This document shows, piece after piece, positions 27,587 through 37,485 of a stretch of 64,000 nucleotides of DNA. The notes under the pieces are model-generated. The model was not told where the DNA came from, ran no database searches, and saw only the letters and a program-made list of their open reading frames with translations. The stretch's first letter is position 1; each line of letters starts with the position of its first letter. The DNA is from Bacteroidales bacterium. Lineage in GTDB: Bacteria; Bacteroidota; Bacteroidia; Bacteroidales; JAAUTT01. The position numbers and the translations under genes were made by a program. Where the stretch lies: the NCBI GenBank assembly GCA_038213375.1, contig JBBQTB010000021.1, positions 6,567 through 70,566 on the forward strand, read 5' to 3'.

Positions 27587-27874
27587 ACAAAAATAAAAAT
27601 GTTCTATGAATTATTGAGGGGAGTACTACAAATTTTCCCTTTAGTTTTTATGTTTATAAACTCCAACCTTTTAAAAATGGGTTATAACTACACTCGAATC
27701 TGTTATAGCCCTTAAAATGGGTTAAGGTTGTAACGCAATAAAAGTGCAACTTTAACTTTTTCTTTTGAAGCTTATTTTTTTCGTATACCCTTACTCGAGT
27801 AATAACTTCTATAAACCGAAATTGTTCAGGTAGATTATAATTAGAATTACAACTGAGAAATATACGCATTGTTA

Positions 27875-27921
27875 AATAGCCACGAAAACACTAATAATTT
27901 ATTTGTGCATTCGTGGCTATT
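27875..27921. repeat. Inverted repeat AATAGCCACGAA...TTCGTGGCTATT
   Basis: 12-bp perfect arms (27875-27886 / 27910-27921) with further partial pairing inside. The arm sequence matches the 43293-43352 palindrome. Confidence 0.75.
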
Positions 27922-28050
27922 AATTAATTTTTTTTTGTTTGCTGCTTTGTGCTACTTTACGAATTAAACAGGAAAGCCCATGGAATTTGAAAAATAAAAC
28001 AATCCAGGTTACTTTTTTGTTAAATTAGCGACAATTAATAATTCTCCCTG

Positions 28051-30198
28051 ATGCGGAAAATAATACAATTTCTTGATAAGCATTCGCAACTGGTTTTTAG
28101 AATATTTTTCTATTTCGTAAGTGTAGCTATTATTTTATGGATTTTCCCCCGTGAAGGTAATTTTCCTTATGAGTTTCAACGTGGAAAGGTATGGCTGCAT
28201 AACGATTTATTTTCCACATTCGACTTTCCTATTCAGAAATCAGATAGTGAAATAAAAATCGAGCATGATAGTATTTTGAAAGAGTTTAAACCTTATTTTA
28301 ATTATCAAAACGATATTGCCAGCGCACAACTGAAAAAGTTTAATAAAGCATTTAATGTAGAATGGAACAAATTTGCCGAAGGCCGAAATGGAAATTCACT
28401 TTCCAACGAAACCACTTCGTTTTTTAAATTAGCAGACACTCTTACCAAATCAAGCTACCAAAGGTTTGCAGCTGATATGCTCCGATATGTTTATCAGAAA
28501 GGAATTTTGCAAATTACAGATCAGGTAGAACAATTTCCATCCAAAAACTTTCAGATAGTTGTGATTAAGGATAAGGTAGGTGAAGAAGTTGATTTTTCGG
28601 AAGTATTTACACAAAAAACGGCTTATGAGCTACTTATTAACAAGATAAATTCGTTAAAAGAAGCATCGGAATTTGATCATATTGTATATAAATCAGACTT
28701 TTTTAAGGATTTGAATTTAAACGAATTTTTGCTGCCAAATTTGATTTATAATGAAGAAGCATCGAGAAATGTTAAGGATGATCTGGTAAAAAAAATATCA
28801 TTAACTAAAGGAATGTTTCTTTCCGATCGAAAAATAATAGGAAAAGGAGAAGTAGTTAATGAAGAAAAGTATAACATCCTTGTTTCCCTGAAATATGAAT
28901 ATGAGAATAAATTGGGTCAATCAAACAAAATTAGCTATGTTATTATTGGACAAGGTATTATTATTGGGTCATTGTTATTGTTACTTCTTGTATTTCTTTT
29001 AAGTTTTCGCAAGGAAGTGTATTTCAATAATCTTAAATTTAGTTTTATATACTTTCTTATTATAACCGTAGTTGGGATTTCAAGCATCATCATCAGAAAG
29101 GAGTTGGTTGCTCTCTACGTGGTGCCATTTGCATTGCTTCCTATTATTCTTAAAACATTCTATGATGCCCGTTTAGCATTATTTGTTCATATAGTTTGTA
29201 TACTTATGGTGGGTTTTATGGCTCCAAACGGATTCGAATTTATTTTTCTTAATTTTATTTCAGGATCTGTTGCAATTATAAGCCTTACAAGTCTTTATAG
29301 ACGTGGCAAACTTTTTAATACAGCTTTTTTTGTCATAGTCACTTATTGCGTGGTATACCTTGGTATTTTATTAATGCAGGGAATTGAGCTATCCGACCAG
29401 CTTCCCTGGCAAAATTTTATTTATTTTGGCGCCAGTGGTTTCCTTTTATTAATGGCATACCCATTAATATTTGTTTTTGAGAAATTGTTTGGTTTCTTGT
29501 CCGATATTACGCTTATGGAACTTTCTGATACAAATCAGACACTTCTTAGGAAGCTAAATGAAAAAGCTCCCGGTACTTTCCAGCACTCCCTTCAGGTGGC
29601 AAACCTTGCCGAAGAGGCCGCATACCGGATAGGGGCAAACTCATTATTGGTTCGCACAGGTGCTTTGTATCACGATATCGGGAAAATGTATAATCCGATG
29701 TATTTTATAGAAAACCTGAGTACTGAAAGAAATCCTCATGATAATTTAGCATTTGAAGAAAGTGCCCGCATAATAATCGATCATATATATAAAGGTATTG
29801 AAATAGGAAGGCGCAATCACTTACCGGAACAAATCATCGATTTCATTCGAACTCATCATGGCAATACAACTGTACAGTTTTTTTACAAATCGTTTAAAAA
29901 GCAATATCCGGATAATGAGGTGGATAAAAGTAAATTCACTTATCCCGGACCTATTCCTTTTTCAAGGGAAATGGCATTGGTAATGATGGCAGACTCGGTG
30001 GAAGCTGCCTCCCGTAGTCTTAGAGAAATAACGCCTCAGTCAATTAGTGATTTGGTTGATAATATCATTTACTATCAGATGGTCAATGATCAATACAATA
30101 ATTCCGCCATTACTTATAAGGAAATAATCACTGTAAAAGGTATTTTTAAGAGAAAGTTAATGAACATATATCATGTTAGGGTCGAGTATCCTCAATAA
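28051..30198 (+). CDS. 7TM-HD (HDIG) phosphohydrolase, PgpH/YqfF-like
   Basis: 715 aa: extracellular N-domain, 7 TM helices, and a C-terminal HD domain (GALYHDIGK, IRTHHGNT). Confidence 0.85.
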   Translation: MRKIIQFLDKHSQLVFRIFFYFVSVAIILWIFPREGNFPYEFQRGKVWLHNDLFSTFDFPIQKSDSEIKIEHDSILKEFKPYFNYQNDIASAQLKKFNKAFNVEWNKFAEGRNGNSLSNETTSFFKLADTLTKSSYQRFAADMLRYVYQKGILQITDQVEQFPSKNFQIVVIKDKVGEEVDFSEVFTQKTAYELLINKINSLKEASEFDHIVYKSDFFKDLNLNEFLLPNLIYNEEASRNVKDDLVKKISLTKGMFLSDRKIIGKGEVVNEEKYNILVSLKYEYENKLGQSNKISYVIIGQGIIIGSLLLLLLVFLLSFRKEVYFNNLKFSFIYFLIITVVGISSIIIRKELVALYVVPFALLPIILKTFYDARLALFVHIVCILMVGFMAPNGFEFIFLNFISGSVAIISLTSLYRRGKLFNTAFFVIVTYCVVYLGILLMQGIELSDQLPWQNFIYFGASGFLLLMAYPLIFVFEKLFGFLSDITLMELSDTNQTLLRKLNEKAPGTFQHSLQVANLAEEAAYRIGANSLLVRTGALYHDIGKMYNPMYFIENLSTERNPHDNLAFEESARIIIDHIYKGIEIGRRNHLPEQIIDFIRTHHGNTTVQFFYKSFKKQYPDNEVDKSKFTYPGPIPFSREMALVMMADSVEAASRSLREITPQSISDLVDNIIYYQMVNDQYNNSAITYKEIITVKGIFKRKLMNIYHVRVEYPQ

Positions 30199-30243
30199 AA
30201 TGCAATTCAGTGCATTTAAATAGTTGTATTTATAGCTTTTTTG

Positions 30244-30276
30244 TAAAGTTTTAATTATTAAAACTTTATTTTTTTT
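30244..30276 (+). terminator. AT-rich hairpin plus T8, probable terminator
   Basis: 25-nt palindrome taaagttttaattattaaaacttta followed by tttttttt, 46 nt after the stop at 30198. Confidence 0.4.
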
Positions 30277-30387
30277 ACGGTTAAAAAAAATATTACTTTT
30301 GTTTAAAAAAATTTAAAGCATTATTTAAAACAAAAAAATAATGTTTAATATTGTTGAACTTATATAACGCTTAGTTTACATAATTTT

Positions 30388-30600
30388 ATGCCTGGATTTA
30401 CGGGGGACAAAATTTTGAAGATTTTTGGTATAATTGTTGTTATACTCATCTTAGTTTTAGGAATATTAGTTGCTTCTTCGCGATACTTTCAGGGTATGCC
30501 AAGAAACTATCGATTTTTATTTTCATTTTTTATAATTTCTTATGCGGCATTTCGCTTGGTTAACATTTTTAATAAATCCAGAGATGATGAAAATGAATAA
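30388..30600 (+). CDS. Small hypothetical 2-TM membrane protein
   Basis: 70 aa with two hydrophobic helices. Its stop overlaps the ATG cluster of the next gene. Coding status is uncertain. Confidence 0.35.
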   Translation: MPGFTGDKILKIFGIIVVILILVLGILVASSRYFQGMPRNYRFLFSFFIISYAAFRLVNIFNKSRDDENE

Positions 30601-31555
30601 AAACAGTTATAGGATGCAAAATATTGTTTCGTTTTCCTTTTGTACATTTTTATTGCTTGCAGGATGTAATAGAACACCTTCTAAATTTACCGATGAAACT
30701 CCAACACGTGGAAATGTAAAAGTTGGAGTCGATGAATCATTTAAACTTCTGTTAGATACAGAGATATTTACCTTCCAATCAATTTATACCGATGCCAAAG
30801 TCACTCCCATTTATAAACCTGAGCTTGGTATTCTGGATGATTTTATGAAAGACTCGGTAAGGTTTATCGTTACAACCCGCAATTTAACTAAGAACGAAGA
30901 CGAATATTTAAGAAGCAGACAAATTATTCCAAGGACGACAAAGATTGCTTACGATGCCCTGGCTTTAATTGTAAACACTAAAAACGCTGATTCATTAATT
31001 CAATATACTAAAGTTAGAGACATATTTTTGAGCAAAATTACTAACTGGAAACAAATTAGCACCACATCGCAATCAAATGGTATTTCGGTTGTTTTTGATA
31101 ATGAAAAATCTGGGAATGTTCGTTATTTTGTTGAAAAATTTAATCTACCGAATAAATTACCAAAAAACTTTTATGCTGTTAATAAAAATGAAGATGTAAT
31201 CAGCTATGTTGAAAAGCACGAAAATTCCATAGGCATAATTAGTGTAAACTGGGTGAGTGATAAACATGACAGCATTTCTCATTCATTTCTAAAAAGAATA
31301 AAGGTTGTTGCAATAACTTCGGAATTTGATCCTGAAGGAGTTGACTATTATCGTCCTTATCAGGGATTCATTGCTGATAAATCCTATCCATTTATTCGGG
31401 ATGTGTATATTATTAATCGCGAAATTTTTAATGGGTTAGGATCTGGTTTACTGTCGTTTATTGCCGGTGACAAGGGACAACGAATTGTATTAAAATCAAA
31501 ACTCGTACCAGCGACTATGCCGGTCCGTTTGGTTCAAATTAAAAATAGTATTTAA
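30584..31555 (+). CDS. PstS-like (PBP type 2) substrate-binding lipoprotein
   Basis: Lipobox LLLAGCN after the start MMKMNKNS (30584). It has PstS-family features (..IFLSKITNWKQI.., ..SIGIISVNWV..) and sits at the head of the ExbB/ExbD/TonB cluster. Confidence 0.65.
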   Translation: MMKMNKNSYRMQNIVSFSFCTFLLLAGCNRTPSKFTDETPTRGNVKVGVDESFKLLLDTEIFTFQSIYTDAKVTPIYKPELGILDDFMKDSVRFIVTTRNLTKNEDEYLRSRQIIPRTTKIAYDALALIVNTKNADSLIQYTKVRDIFLSKITNWKQISTTSQSNGISVVFDNEKSGNVRYFVEKFNLPNKLPKNFYAVNKNEDVISYVEKHENSIGIISVNWVSDKHDSISHSFLKRIKVVAITSEFDPEGVDYYRPYQGFIADKSYPFIRDVYIINREIFNGLGSGLLSFIAGDKGQRIVLKSKLVPATMPVRLVQIKNSI

Positions 31556-31602
31556 TTTGCATTTTTAACAGTAATCTTAATATTTTAACAGGATAATTAG
31601 CT

Positions 31603-33411
31603 ATGAATATGGTTTGTATAAGTTTTAGGATAAGAATCGGTTTGTTTGTTGGTTTGTTTTTGAGCTTTTCAATGATAAATCATGCTCAGGACTTAAAAAC
31701 AGCAATAAAACTGTCAGTAAGTGAACGCTATGAGGAAGCTAACGACATGTATAAAAATTTGCTCAAAACTCAGCCTAACAATGGCGATGTATACTTTTAT
31801 TATGGTGAGAATATTTTAAAGAGTTATTTAGCAGATCCATTCTCAAGCACTCTTGCAGGTGTTACAACACAAGCAAAAGCTCTTTTTGAGCAGGGCTTAA
31901 AGTCTGATTCACTCAATAAAATTAATTCAATCGGACTTGGTATGATTGAATTGCAACTTAAAAACGATACAACTGCTGCTGATAAATATTTTGTTAAGGC
32001 CGAACAAATGCTGCCCAAAAAACAAAAAAAGTTCACAGAACAGAATTTTCAAATATTGATCAAACTTGCTACTGCCCAATTATACGCAAAAGAACCCCGA
32101 TATAAAAAGGCCTTTGCTTATTTGGAAAAGGCTAAAGAATTTGCACCAACCAACCCAGATGTTGCGAATGCTTTAGGTGATATTTATATGGAAAAGAGTG
32201 AAGCATCCAATGCGATTGCAAATTATAACAGGGCATTGTTCCTTAATCCAACCAATCCGGTTTATAAGGTTAAAATTGGAATTATTTATATGGGTGCTCG
32301 TAATTTAAATGAAGCACGTAAATTGTTTGATGAAGCAAAAGCCATAGATTCAACGTTTGCTCCACTTTATAAAGCAATGGGTTCCATGTGGAATATGGCA
32401 AGCCAGTACAAATTATCAAAGGAAAATTTTAAAAAATTTCTTGAGCTTTCAGGGAACAATATTCCTGCAAAGGTGAGTTATGCTAATGCACTTTTTCGTT
32501 CAAAGGATTTTGGTGCAACTCTGGGTGTGATTGAAGAAATCTTAGCCGTTGATAAATCGCGTAATTATTTGAATCGTTTAGGTGCATATTCAGCATATGA
32601 TAAAAAACCTCCCGAATTTGAAAAATCTTTGAGTTTTAGTGAAACTTTTTTCAAAAATTCTACTCCTGATCAAATTATCGTGAAAGATTATGTGTATTAT
32701 GGAAATACACTTTTGAAACTTCATAAAGATACTGCTCAGATTGATAAAGGCTTGCAAAATTTGTTAAATGCCTATAAAATGGATACAACCGATTATGATT
32801 TATTCTCAAATATAGCTACTTATGCTTATTCTTACCGTCGATATGCATTTGCCTCCAGTGTAATTTCGAAGAAGATTGCTATGGGCAAAGCAAGTCCGGT
32901 TGACTATATGAATCTTGGCAAAGTTTATTACCAAACTAAACAATTTGGTAAAGCCGACACTACTTTTACCAGACTTACCCAAATTGATTCCACCAATGTT
33001 CAGGCATATATTTGGCTTGCTAACACCTATGCGAATTTGGACCCCGACTCAAAAATGGGTTTAGCAAAGCCTAAATACGAAAAAGTGGTGGAAAAGGCAT
33101 CAAGTGATACCGTTAAATATGCAAAGGAATTATTAGATTCTTATAGCTATTTGGGATCTTATTATTTGTTGACTAAACCTGATTTAGATGCGGCAGCAGT
33201 TTATTATCAGAAAATGGCGATCCTTGATCCAAATAATAAACAATATGTTATTAGGGGGTATTCATCTTTAGGGATCATTTACACTAAAAAGAAAGATTAT
33301 CAAAAAGCAGTTGAGTACTATCAAAAGGTTTTATTGCTTGACCCTACTAATAAGGATATTAAAACAACAATCGAGGGTATAAAAAAAGTATTAAATGCTC
33401 CGAAAAGATAA
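31603..33411 (+). CDS. Tetratricopeptide-repeat protein
   Basis: 602 aa with a signal peptide and multiple TPR-like units (e.g. ALGDIYMEKSEASNAIANYNRALFLNPTNP, AVEYYQKVLLLDPTNK). Confidence 0.8.
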   Translation: MNMVCISFRIRIGLFVGLFLSFSMINHAQDLKTAIKLSVSERYEEANDMYKNLLKTQPNNGDVYFYYGENILKSYLADPFSSTLAGVTTQAKALFEQGLKSDSLNKINSIGLGMIELQLKNDTTAADKYFVKAEQMLPKKQKKFTEQNFQILIKLATAQLYAKEPRYKKAFAYLEKAKEFAPTNPDVANALGDIYMEKSEASNAIANYNRALFLNPTNPVYKVKIGIIYMGARNLNEARKLFDEAKAIDSTFAPLYKAMGSMWNMASQYKLSKENFKKFLELSGNNIPAKVSYANALFRSKDFGATLGVIEEILAVDKSRNYLNRLGAYSAYDKKPPEFEKSLSFSETFFKNSTPDQIIVKDYVYYGNTLLKLHKDTAQIDKGLQNLLNAYKMDTTDYDLFSNIATYAYSYRRYAFASSVISKKIAMGKASPVDYMNLGKVYYQTKQFGKADTTFTRLTQIDSTNVQAYIWLANTYANLDPDSKMGLAKPKYEKVVEKASSDTVKYAKELLDSYSYLGSYYLLTKPDLDAAAVYYQKMAILDPNNKQYVIRGYSSLGIIYTKKKDYQKAVEYYQKVLLLDPTNKDIKTTIEGIKKVLNAPKR

Positions 33412-33583
33412 TTTCAGAAAATGATTTAAAATTTTCTTAAAGTGAATAAATCTTATAGTTTTTCGATGTTCAAATACCAAAAGAAGAGTTATATTAGGCG
33501 TGAAATTTAAAAGTAGTTTTTTAAATTGTATTAACATTCAAACCAAATAATTGATTTATTAATTTCTAACAAAATTTAAACGT

Positions 33584-34396
33584 ATGAGTACTAAAGGACA
33601 ATCATTAAAAGATGTTTTATCATCAATTTTTGCAACTTCCGTGATATTAATTTGCGTAGCAGTTGGGTTTATCGTTTATTATAAAGTATTAGGTGACCCA
33701 ATCAATTTTGAAGGCGGTAATGTAGAAAAAGGGAAACCACTTGGTTATCTTGGTATCGTTTTCCGCGGTGGATTTATCGTTCCTATCCTTATTGCTGTTA
33801 TTCTTGTTCTAATTACCTTCTCAATTGAAAGAGGTATTTCATTGTCAAGAGCAACTGGTAGAGGAAGGTTAAATGTTTTTGTTCGTAATATCCGTGCCTT
33901 GCTTAACGAAGACCGTATTGAAGAAGCCGTTGCAGCCTGCGACAAACAAAAAGGTTCATTAGCAAATGTAACGAAAGCCGGTTTACACCGTTATCGGGAT
34001 CTTCAAGCTGATACAACTTTACCTAACGACCAGAAAGTGCTTGCATTTCAAAAAGAATTGGAAGAAGCTACTGCTCTTGAATTACCAATGTTATCGAAGA
34101 ATTTGGTTGTTCTTTCAACCATCGCTTCCATCTCCGTGTTAATTGGTCTTATCGGTACTGTACTTGGTATGATACGTGCATTTGGCGCTTTAGCTAGTGC
34201 TGGTTCACCTGACGCCCTTGCTTTAGCAACTGGTATCTCTGAAGCCCTTATCAATACTGCATTTGGTATAACGGGCTCAACCCTTGCGCTTATTGCGTAT
34301 AACTATTATTCTAATAAAATAGATTCAATGACATTTAAAATCGATGAGGCGAACTTTAGTCTTTCACAAACGTTTGCTTCTACTCTTAAGAAGTAA
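33584..34396 (+). CDS. exbB: MotA/TolQ/ExbB proton-channel protein
   Basis: 270 aa with 3 TM helices and the C-terminal conserved block LIGLIGTVLGMIRAF..ISEALINTAFGI. Confidence 0.85.
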   Translation: MSTKGQSLKDVLSSIFATSVILICVAVGFIVYYKVLGDPINFEGGNVEKGKPLGYLGIVFRGGFIVPILIAVILVLITFSIERGISLSRATGRGRLNVFVRNIRALLNEDRIEEAVAACDKQKGSLANVTKAGLHRYRDLQADTTLPNDQKVLAFQKELEEATALELPMLSKNLVVLSTIASISVLIGLIGTVLGMIRAFGALASAGSPDALALATGISEALINTAFGITGSTLALIAYNYYSNKIDSMTFKIDEANFSLSQTFASTLKK

Positions 34397-34451
34397 TTAG
34401 TGTTGTGACTAATGTTTAGACTGTTGATTTTATTAATTTGAAAAGTTTACT

Positions 34452-35081
34452 ATGTCAAAAATTAAATTACCATCGAAACCGCCAAAGATTGACATGACGC
34501 CGATGGTTGACCTCTTCTTCCTGTTGTTGACATTCTTTATGTTAACAACGAATTTTAAGCCTACGGAAGCAGTGATCGTCGACACGCCGAAATCGATATC
34601 CGACAAGCTCTCTCCTGAAAAAAATGTTATTACTGTCTTTGTTGGTAAGGACAACAAAGTATATTTTAACATCGATAATGGAAGTGATAGTACTACTCGT
34701 ATTCGGAGGAAAGTGTTGCTTAAAGTAGCAGAACATTATCAAGTTCAGTTTACAAAAGTTCAGGTACGAAAATTCGAAAACTTGTCTTCGTTTGGAATGC
34801 CTGTTAAGGATTTACCTCGGTGGATTGATGCAACCGACCAAAAGGTACGTGATGCCATGCAAACTGGTGTGCCCATGGATTCACTCAATAATCAACTTGA
34901 GATGTGGGTACTTATGGCTAGAAACGAAAATCCTAATGCCGAAACTGCTATAAAGGGCGACTATGGAGCAGATTATAAGACTGTTAAAAAGGTTTTGGAT
35001 CTTTTTCAGAAATATAATATGAATAAATTTAACCTTACCACTACACTCGAAAAGGTTGAAGTTAAATTAGATAACAAATAA
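34452..35081 (+). CDS. exbD: ExbD/TolR biopolymer transport protein
   Basis: N-terminal IDMTPMVDLFFLLLTFFML signature. Confidence 0.85.
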   Translation: MSKIKLPSKPPKIDMTPMVDLFFLLLTFFMLTTNFKPTEAVIVDTPKSISDKLSPEKNVITVFVGKDNKVYFNIDNGSDSTTRIRRKVLLKVAEHYQVQFTKVQVRKFENLSSFGMPVKDLPRWIDATDQKVRDAMQTGVPMDSLNNQLEMWVLMARNENPNAETAIKGDYGADYKTVKKVLDLFQKYNMNKFNLTTTLEKVEVKLDNK

Positions 35082-35091
35082 AAGAAGAAAC

Positions 35092-35733
35092 ATGTCAGAA
35101 ATAATTGCAAACGAAGGCGGAGGTAAACATAAAGGGAAACGAAGAGCCAAAAAGCATTCTACCCACATCGATATGACACCGATGGTTGACTTGGCCTGTC
35201 TTCTGTTAACTTTCTTTATGTTAACTACAGCTTTCAGTAAACCAAAAGTAATGGAAATCGTTCTTCCTGAAAAGAAAGAGATTAAAGATCCTCCTAAACT
35301 AGATAAGGATAAAGTGATAACTGTTATCCTTGATGAAAAGGATAAAGTGTATTATTACCTTGGTTTAGCCGAAACAGGTAAGCCTTTACCGATAATTGTA
35401 GAGACTAATTTCAGTAAGGATGGGCTTCGAAAGCTTTTCTTAAGTCGTAACAAAGCACTTTTTACTAATATTACCACTTTCAATGAAGCGGTAATGAAGG
35501 AAAAAAAGAACATTCCGGCGGATACACTGAAAAAGCAAATCAGGGCGCTTAAAAAGGCCGATAAAGTTGGTCCTTTTGTTATGATCAAAGCGGCAGAAAA
35601 TGTCAAATATGGTAATATTGTAGATGTCATTGATGAGTTGGAAATTACCAATGTTGCTCGATATGCCATTGTTGACATAAATCTAGTTGAAAAGAAAATG
35701 CTTGAGGAAAAGAAAAATGCACCTAAGAAATAA
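35092..35733 (+). CDS. exbD: ExbD/TolR biopolymer transport protein (second paralogue)
   Basis: IDMTPMVDLACLLLTFFML signature and C-terminal ..IKAAENVKYGNIVDVIDEL. Confidence 0.85.
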   Translation: MSEIIANEGGGKHKGKRRAKKHSTHIDMTPMVDLACLLLTFFMLTTAFSKPKVMEIVLPEKKEIKDPPKLDKDKVITVILDEKDKVYYYLGLAETGKPLPIIVETNFSKDGLRKLFLSRNKALFTNITTFNEAVMKEKKNIPADTLKKQIRALKKADKVGPFVMIKAAENVKYGNIVDVIDELEITNVARYAIVDINLVEKKMLEEKKNAPKK

Positions 35734-35754
35734 AACTTTCAAACCTTTTTTATT

Positions 35755-36546
35755 ATGGCAAAAAATAATGAAATAAAAACGAACGAAAAGGCAGAAAGTT
35801 TTGATGAGCTAGTATTTTTGGGTCGTAATAAGGAATATGGAGCTTATTATCTACGAAAAAAATACAATCGAAACATTCTGATTGCTTTTTTGTTTGGTTT
35901 CGTTGTTGTAACATCGGCTGTGGTAACACCTTTAATATTTAGCTATTACAACAAGAATAAAATAAAAAATGCATTGGTTAAGAACATTAGTGCTGAGCTT
36001 GAAAATGTGAACACCGATGAACCACCACCACCACCACCACCACCACCACCACCAGCTGCTATTGAACAACAGATTAAGTTTACAGCTCCTGTTGTTGTGG
36101 ATTCGGTAAAGGAAGATGTAGAAATTGCAACTATGGGAGATATTGCTTCTGCCATTACTAACGATGCTCCACCTACAGAAATTGTTGTGGACCAAAAGGT
36201 AGATAAAGTTGTAGTAGAAGTTGAACAGGTATTTGTGGTGGTTGAAGAAAATGCAACCTTCATGGGCGGTGACCTCGAAGCTTTTCGTGCATGGATTCTG
36301 GAACACTTGAAATATCCCGAGAGTGCAGCCGAAATGGGTATCGAAGGTAAAGTTATTCTTTCGTTTATTATTAACTCAAAAGGTGTTGTAGAAAATACTA
36401 AAGTTTTGCGTGGTGTCGATCCTGCTCTTGATCAGGAAGCGATTCGTGTGATTCAGAGCTCTCCAAAATGGGTGCCAGGTAAACAAGGTGGAAAAGCTGT
36501 AAAGCAACAGTTTACCATTCCGATCGCCTTTAAACTTCAGAAGTAA
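35755..36546 (+). CDS. tonB: TonB-family energy transducer
   Basis: N-terminal TM anchor, a poly-Pro spacer, and a C-terminal TonB_C-like domain (..YPESAAEMGIEGKVILSFIINSKGVVEN..). Confidence 0.85.
   Translation: MAKNNEIKTNEKAESFDELVFLGRNKEYGAYYLRKKYNRNILIAFLFGFVVVTSAVVTPLIFSYYNKNKIKNALVKNISAELENVNTDEPPPPPPPPPPPAAIEQQIKFTAPVVVDSVKEDVEIATMGDIASAITNDAPPTEIVVDQKVDKVVVEVEQVFVVVEENATFMGGDLEAFRAWILEHLKYPESAAEMGIEGKVILSFIINSKGVVENTKVLRGVDPALDQEAIRVIQSSPKWVPGKQGGKAVKQQFTIPIAFKLQK
36022..36054 (+). repeat. (CCA)11 trinucleotide microsatellite encoding the TonB poly-proline run
   Basis: By my count, 11 uninterrupted CCA codons at 36022-36054. Confidence 0.85.
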
Positions 36547-36567
36547 TTATTCACTTCTTTGATAATA

Positions 36568-36599
36568 AAAAAAGCCAGCGAAAGTTGGCTTTTTTTATT
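36568..36599. terminator. Rho-independent terminator after tonB
   Basis: Stem agccagc / gttggct closed by a GAAA tetraloop, with an A-run upstream and a T7 run downstream. Confidence 0.7.
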
Positions 36600-36734
36600 T
36601 GTATAACTGCATAAACATATTATTGAAGTAGTTCTTCTTCATAATAATTTATCTTATGGTTAAAAAGCATTCAAAAGATGTAAGGAACTGTTATAGCCCA
36701 TTTTGAATGGGTTTGGGTTAATTAAAACCACGTT

Positions 36735-37403
36735 CTAAAATCTCATATCGTTTACTTCAGCTTTGGGATATTTTTTCGCGTCGAATGTAAACTCCGTTTC
36801 GTTTATTTCAGAGTTGGTTATAAAACTCGAAAATTCTAAAAGATACATAGTCCCATCCTTCTGAAATATTTTAAGGTCTAAAATTTGAAGATCTGATTTG
36901 ACAATATGCATCCGGATACGGGAATATTTTGTTTTTAAATCAATTGGGTAAAGGTCAATTTCATAACATGGTGTTGAACCGAGTGTTGTTTCCTGAATTA
37001 ATTTTGATTTAAAATCTTTACTGTAAATTTTAAAGACATCATGAGGATTCGAAAAGAAAAAATCACCTTTGTCTTTTTTAGATGGTTCCGGTTTAGTGAT
37101 ATTCACCTCATTTGCCCCTTTTAAATAGGTATACACTGCTTTTCCATCAAAAATAATATCGGTATTAGAAAGCGATAAATGGTATTTATCACCTTTTATC
37201 TCAATTTTTCCAGTCTCATTTATTGTTTTGTCGTTTTGGAGATTGGATGTGCTGAATTTGAAATCGGCTTTGATAGTTTTATATCCATTGTTTTTTGTCG
37301 ATGATTGTTCAAGTAGTTGTTTTGACCGATCATTTATTTGGGCATTCATGCAGAAAGAAACTGATGCAAGTAACAATAATACGATGGGTAATTTTTTAAT
37401 CAT
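36735..37403 (-). CDS. LolA-like outer-membrane lipoprotein carrier protein
   Basis: 222 aa with a signal peptide. Its size and its position directly downstream of ftsK match the conserved ftsK-lolA arrangement. The call rests on context and general resemblance. Confidence 0.6.
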   Translation of the reverse strand: MIKKLPIVLLLLASVSFCMNAQINDRSKQLLEQSSTKNNGYKTIKADFKFSTSNLQNDKTINETGKIEIKGDKYHLSLSNTDIIFDGKAVYTYLKGANEVNITKPEPSKKDKGDFFFSNPHDVFKIYSKDFKSKLIQETTLGSTPCYEIDLYPIDLKTKYSRIRMHIVKSDLQILDLKIFQKDGTMYLLEFSSFITNSEINETEFTFDAKKYPKAEVNDMRF

Positions 37404-37485
37404 TAGAGTTTATTTAAGTTAAATTTTTGTCTGTTAGCATCCATTTTAAGCTGGGTTTAATTATAATTGTAGTTTCTTGCAAACA

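Noticed and set aside
27654-27869. 71-aa minus-strand ORF in the E1 / 7TM-HD divergent region
   Set aside because: It is Lys-rich and low-complexity, overlaps the repeat/hairpin elements, and has no recognisable family. It is probably a chance ORF in AT-rich DNA.
35932-36306. Antisense ORFs with poly-Trp and poly-Gly runs (35932-36306 and 35946-36263)
   Set aside because: They are reverse-strand shadows of the (CCA)11 tract inside the well-supported tonB gene and have no independent coding evidence.
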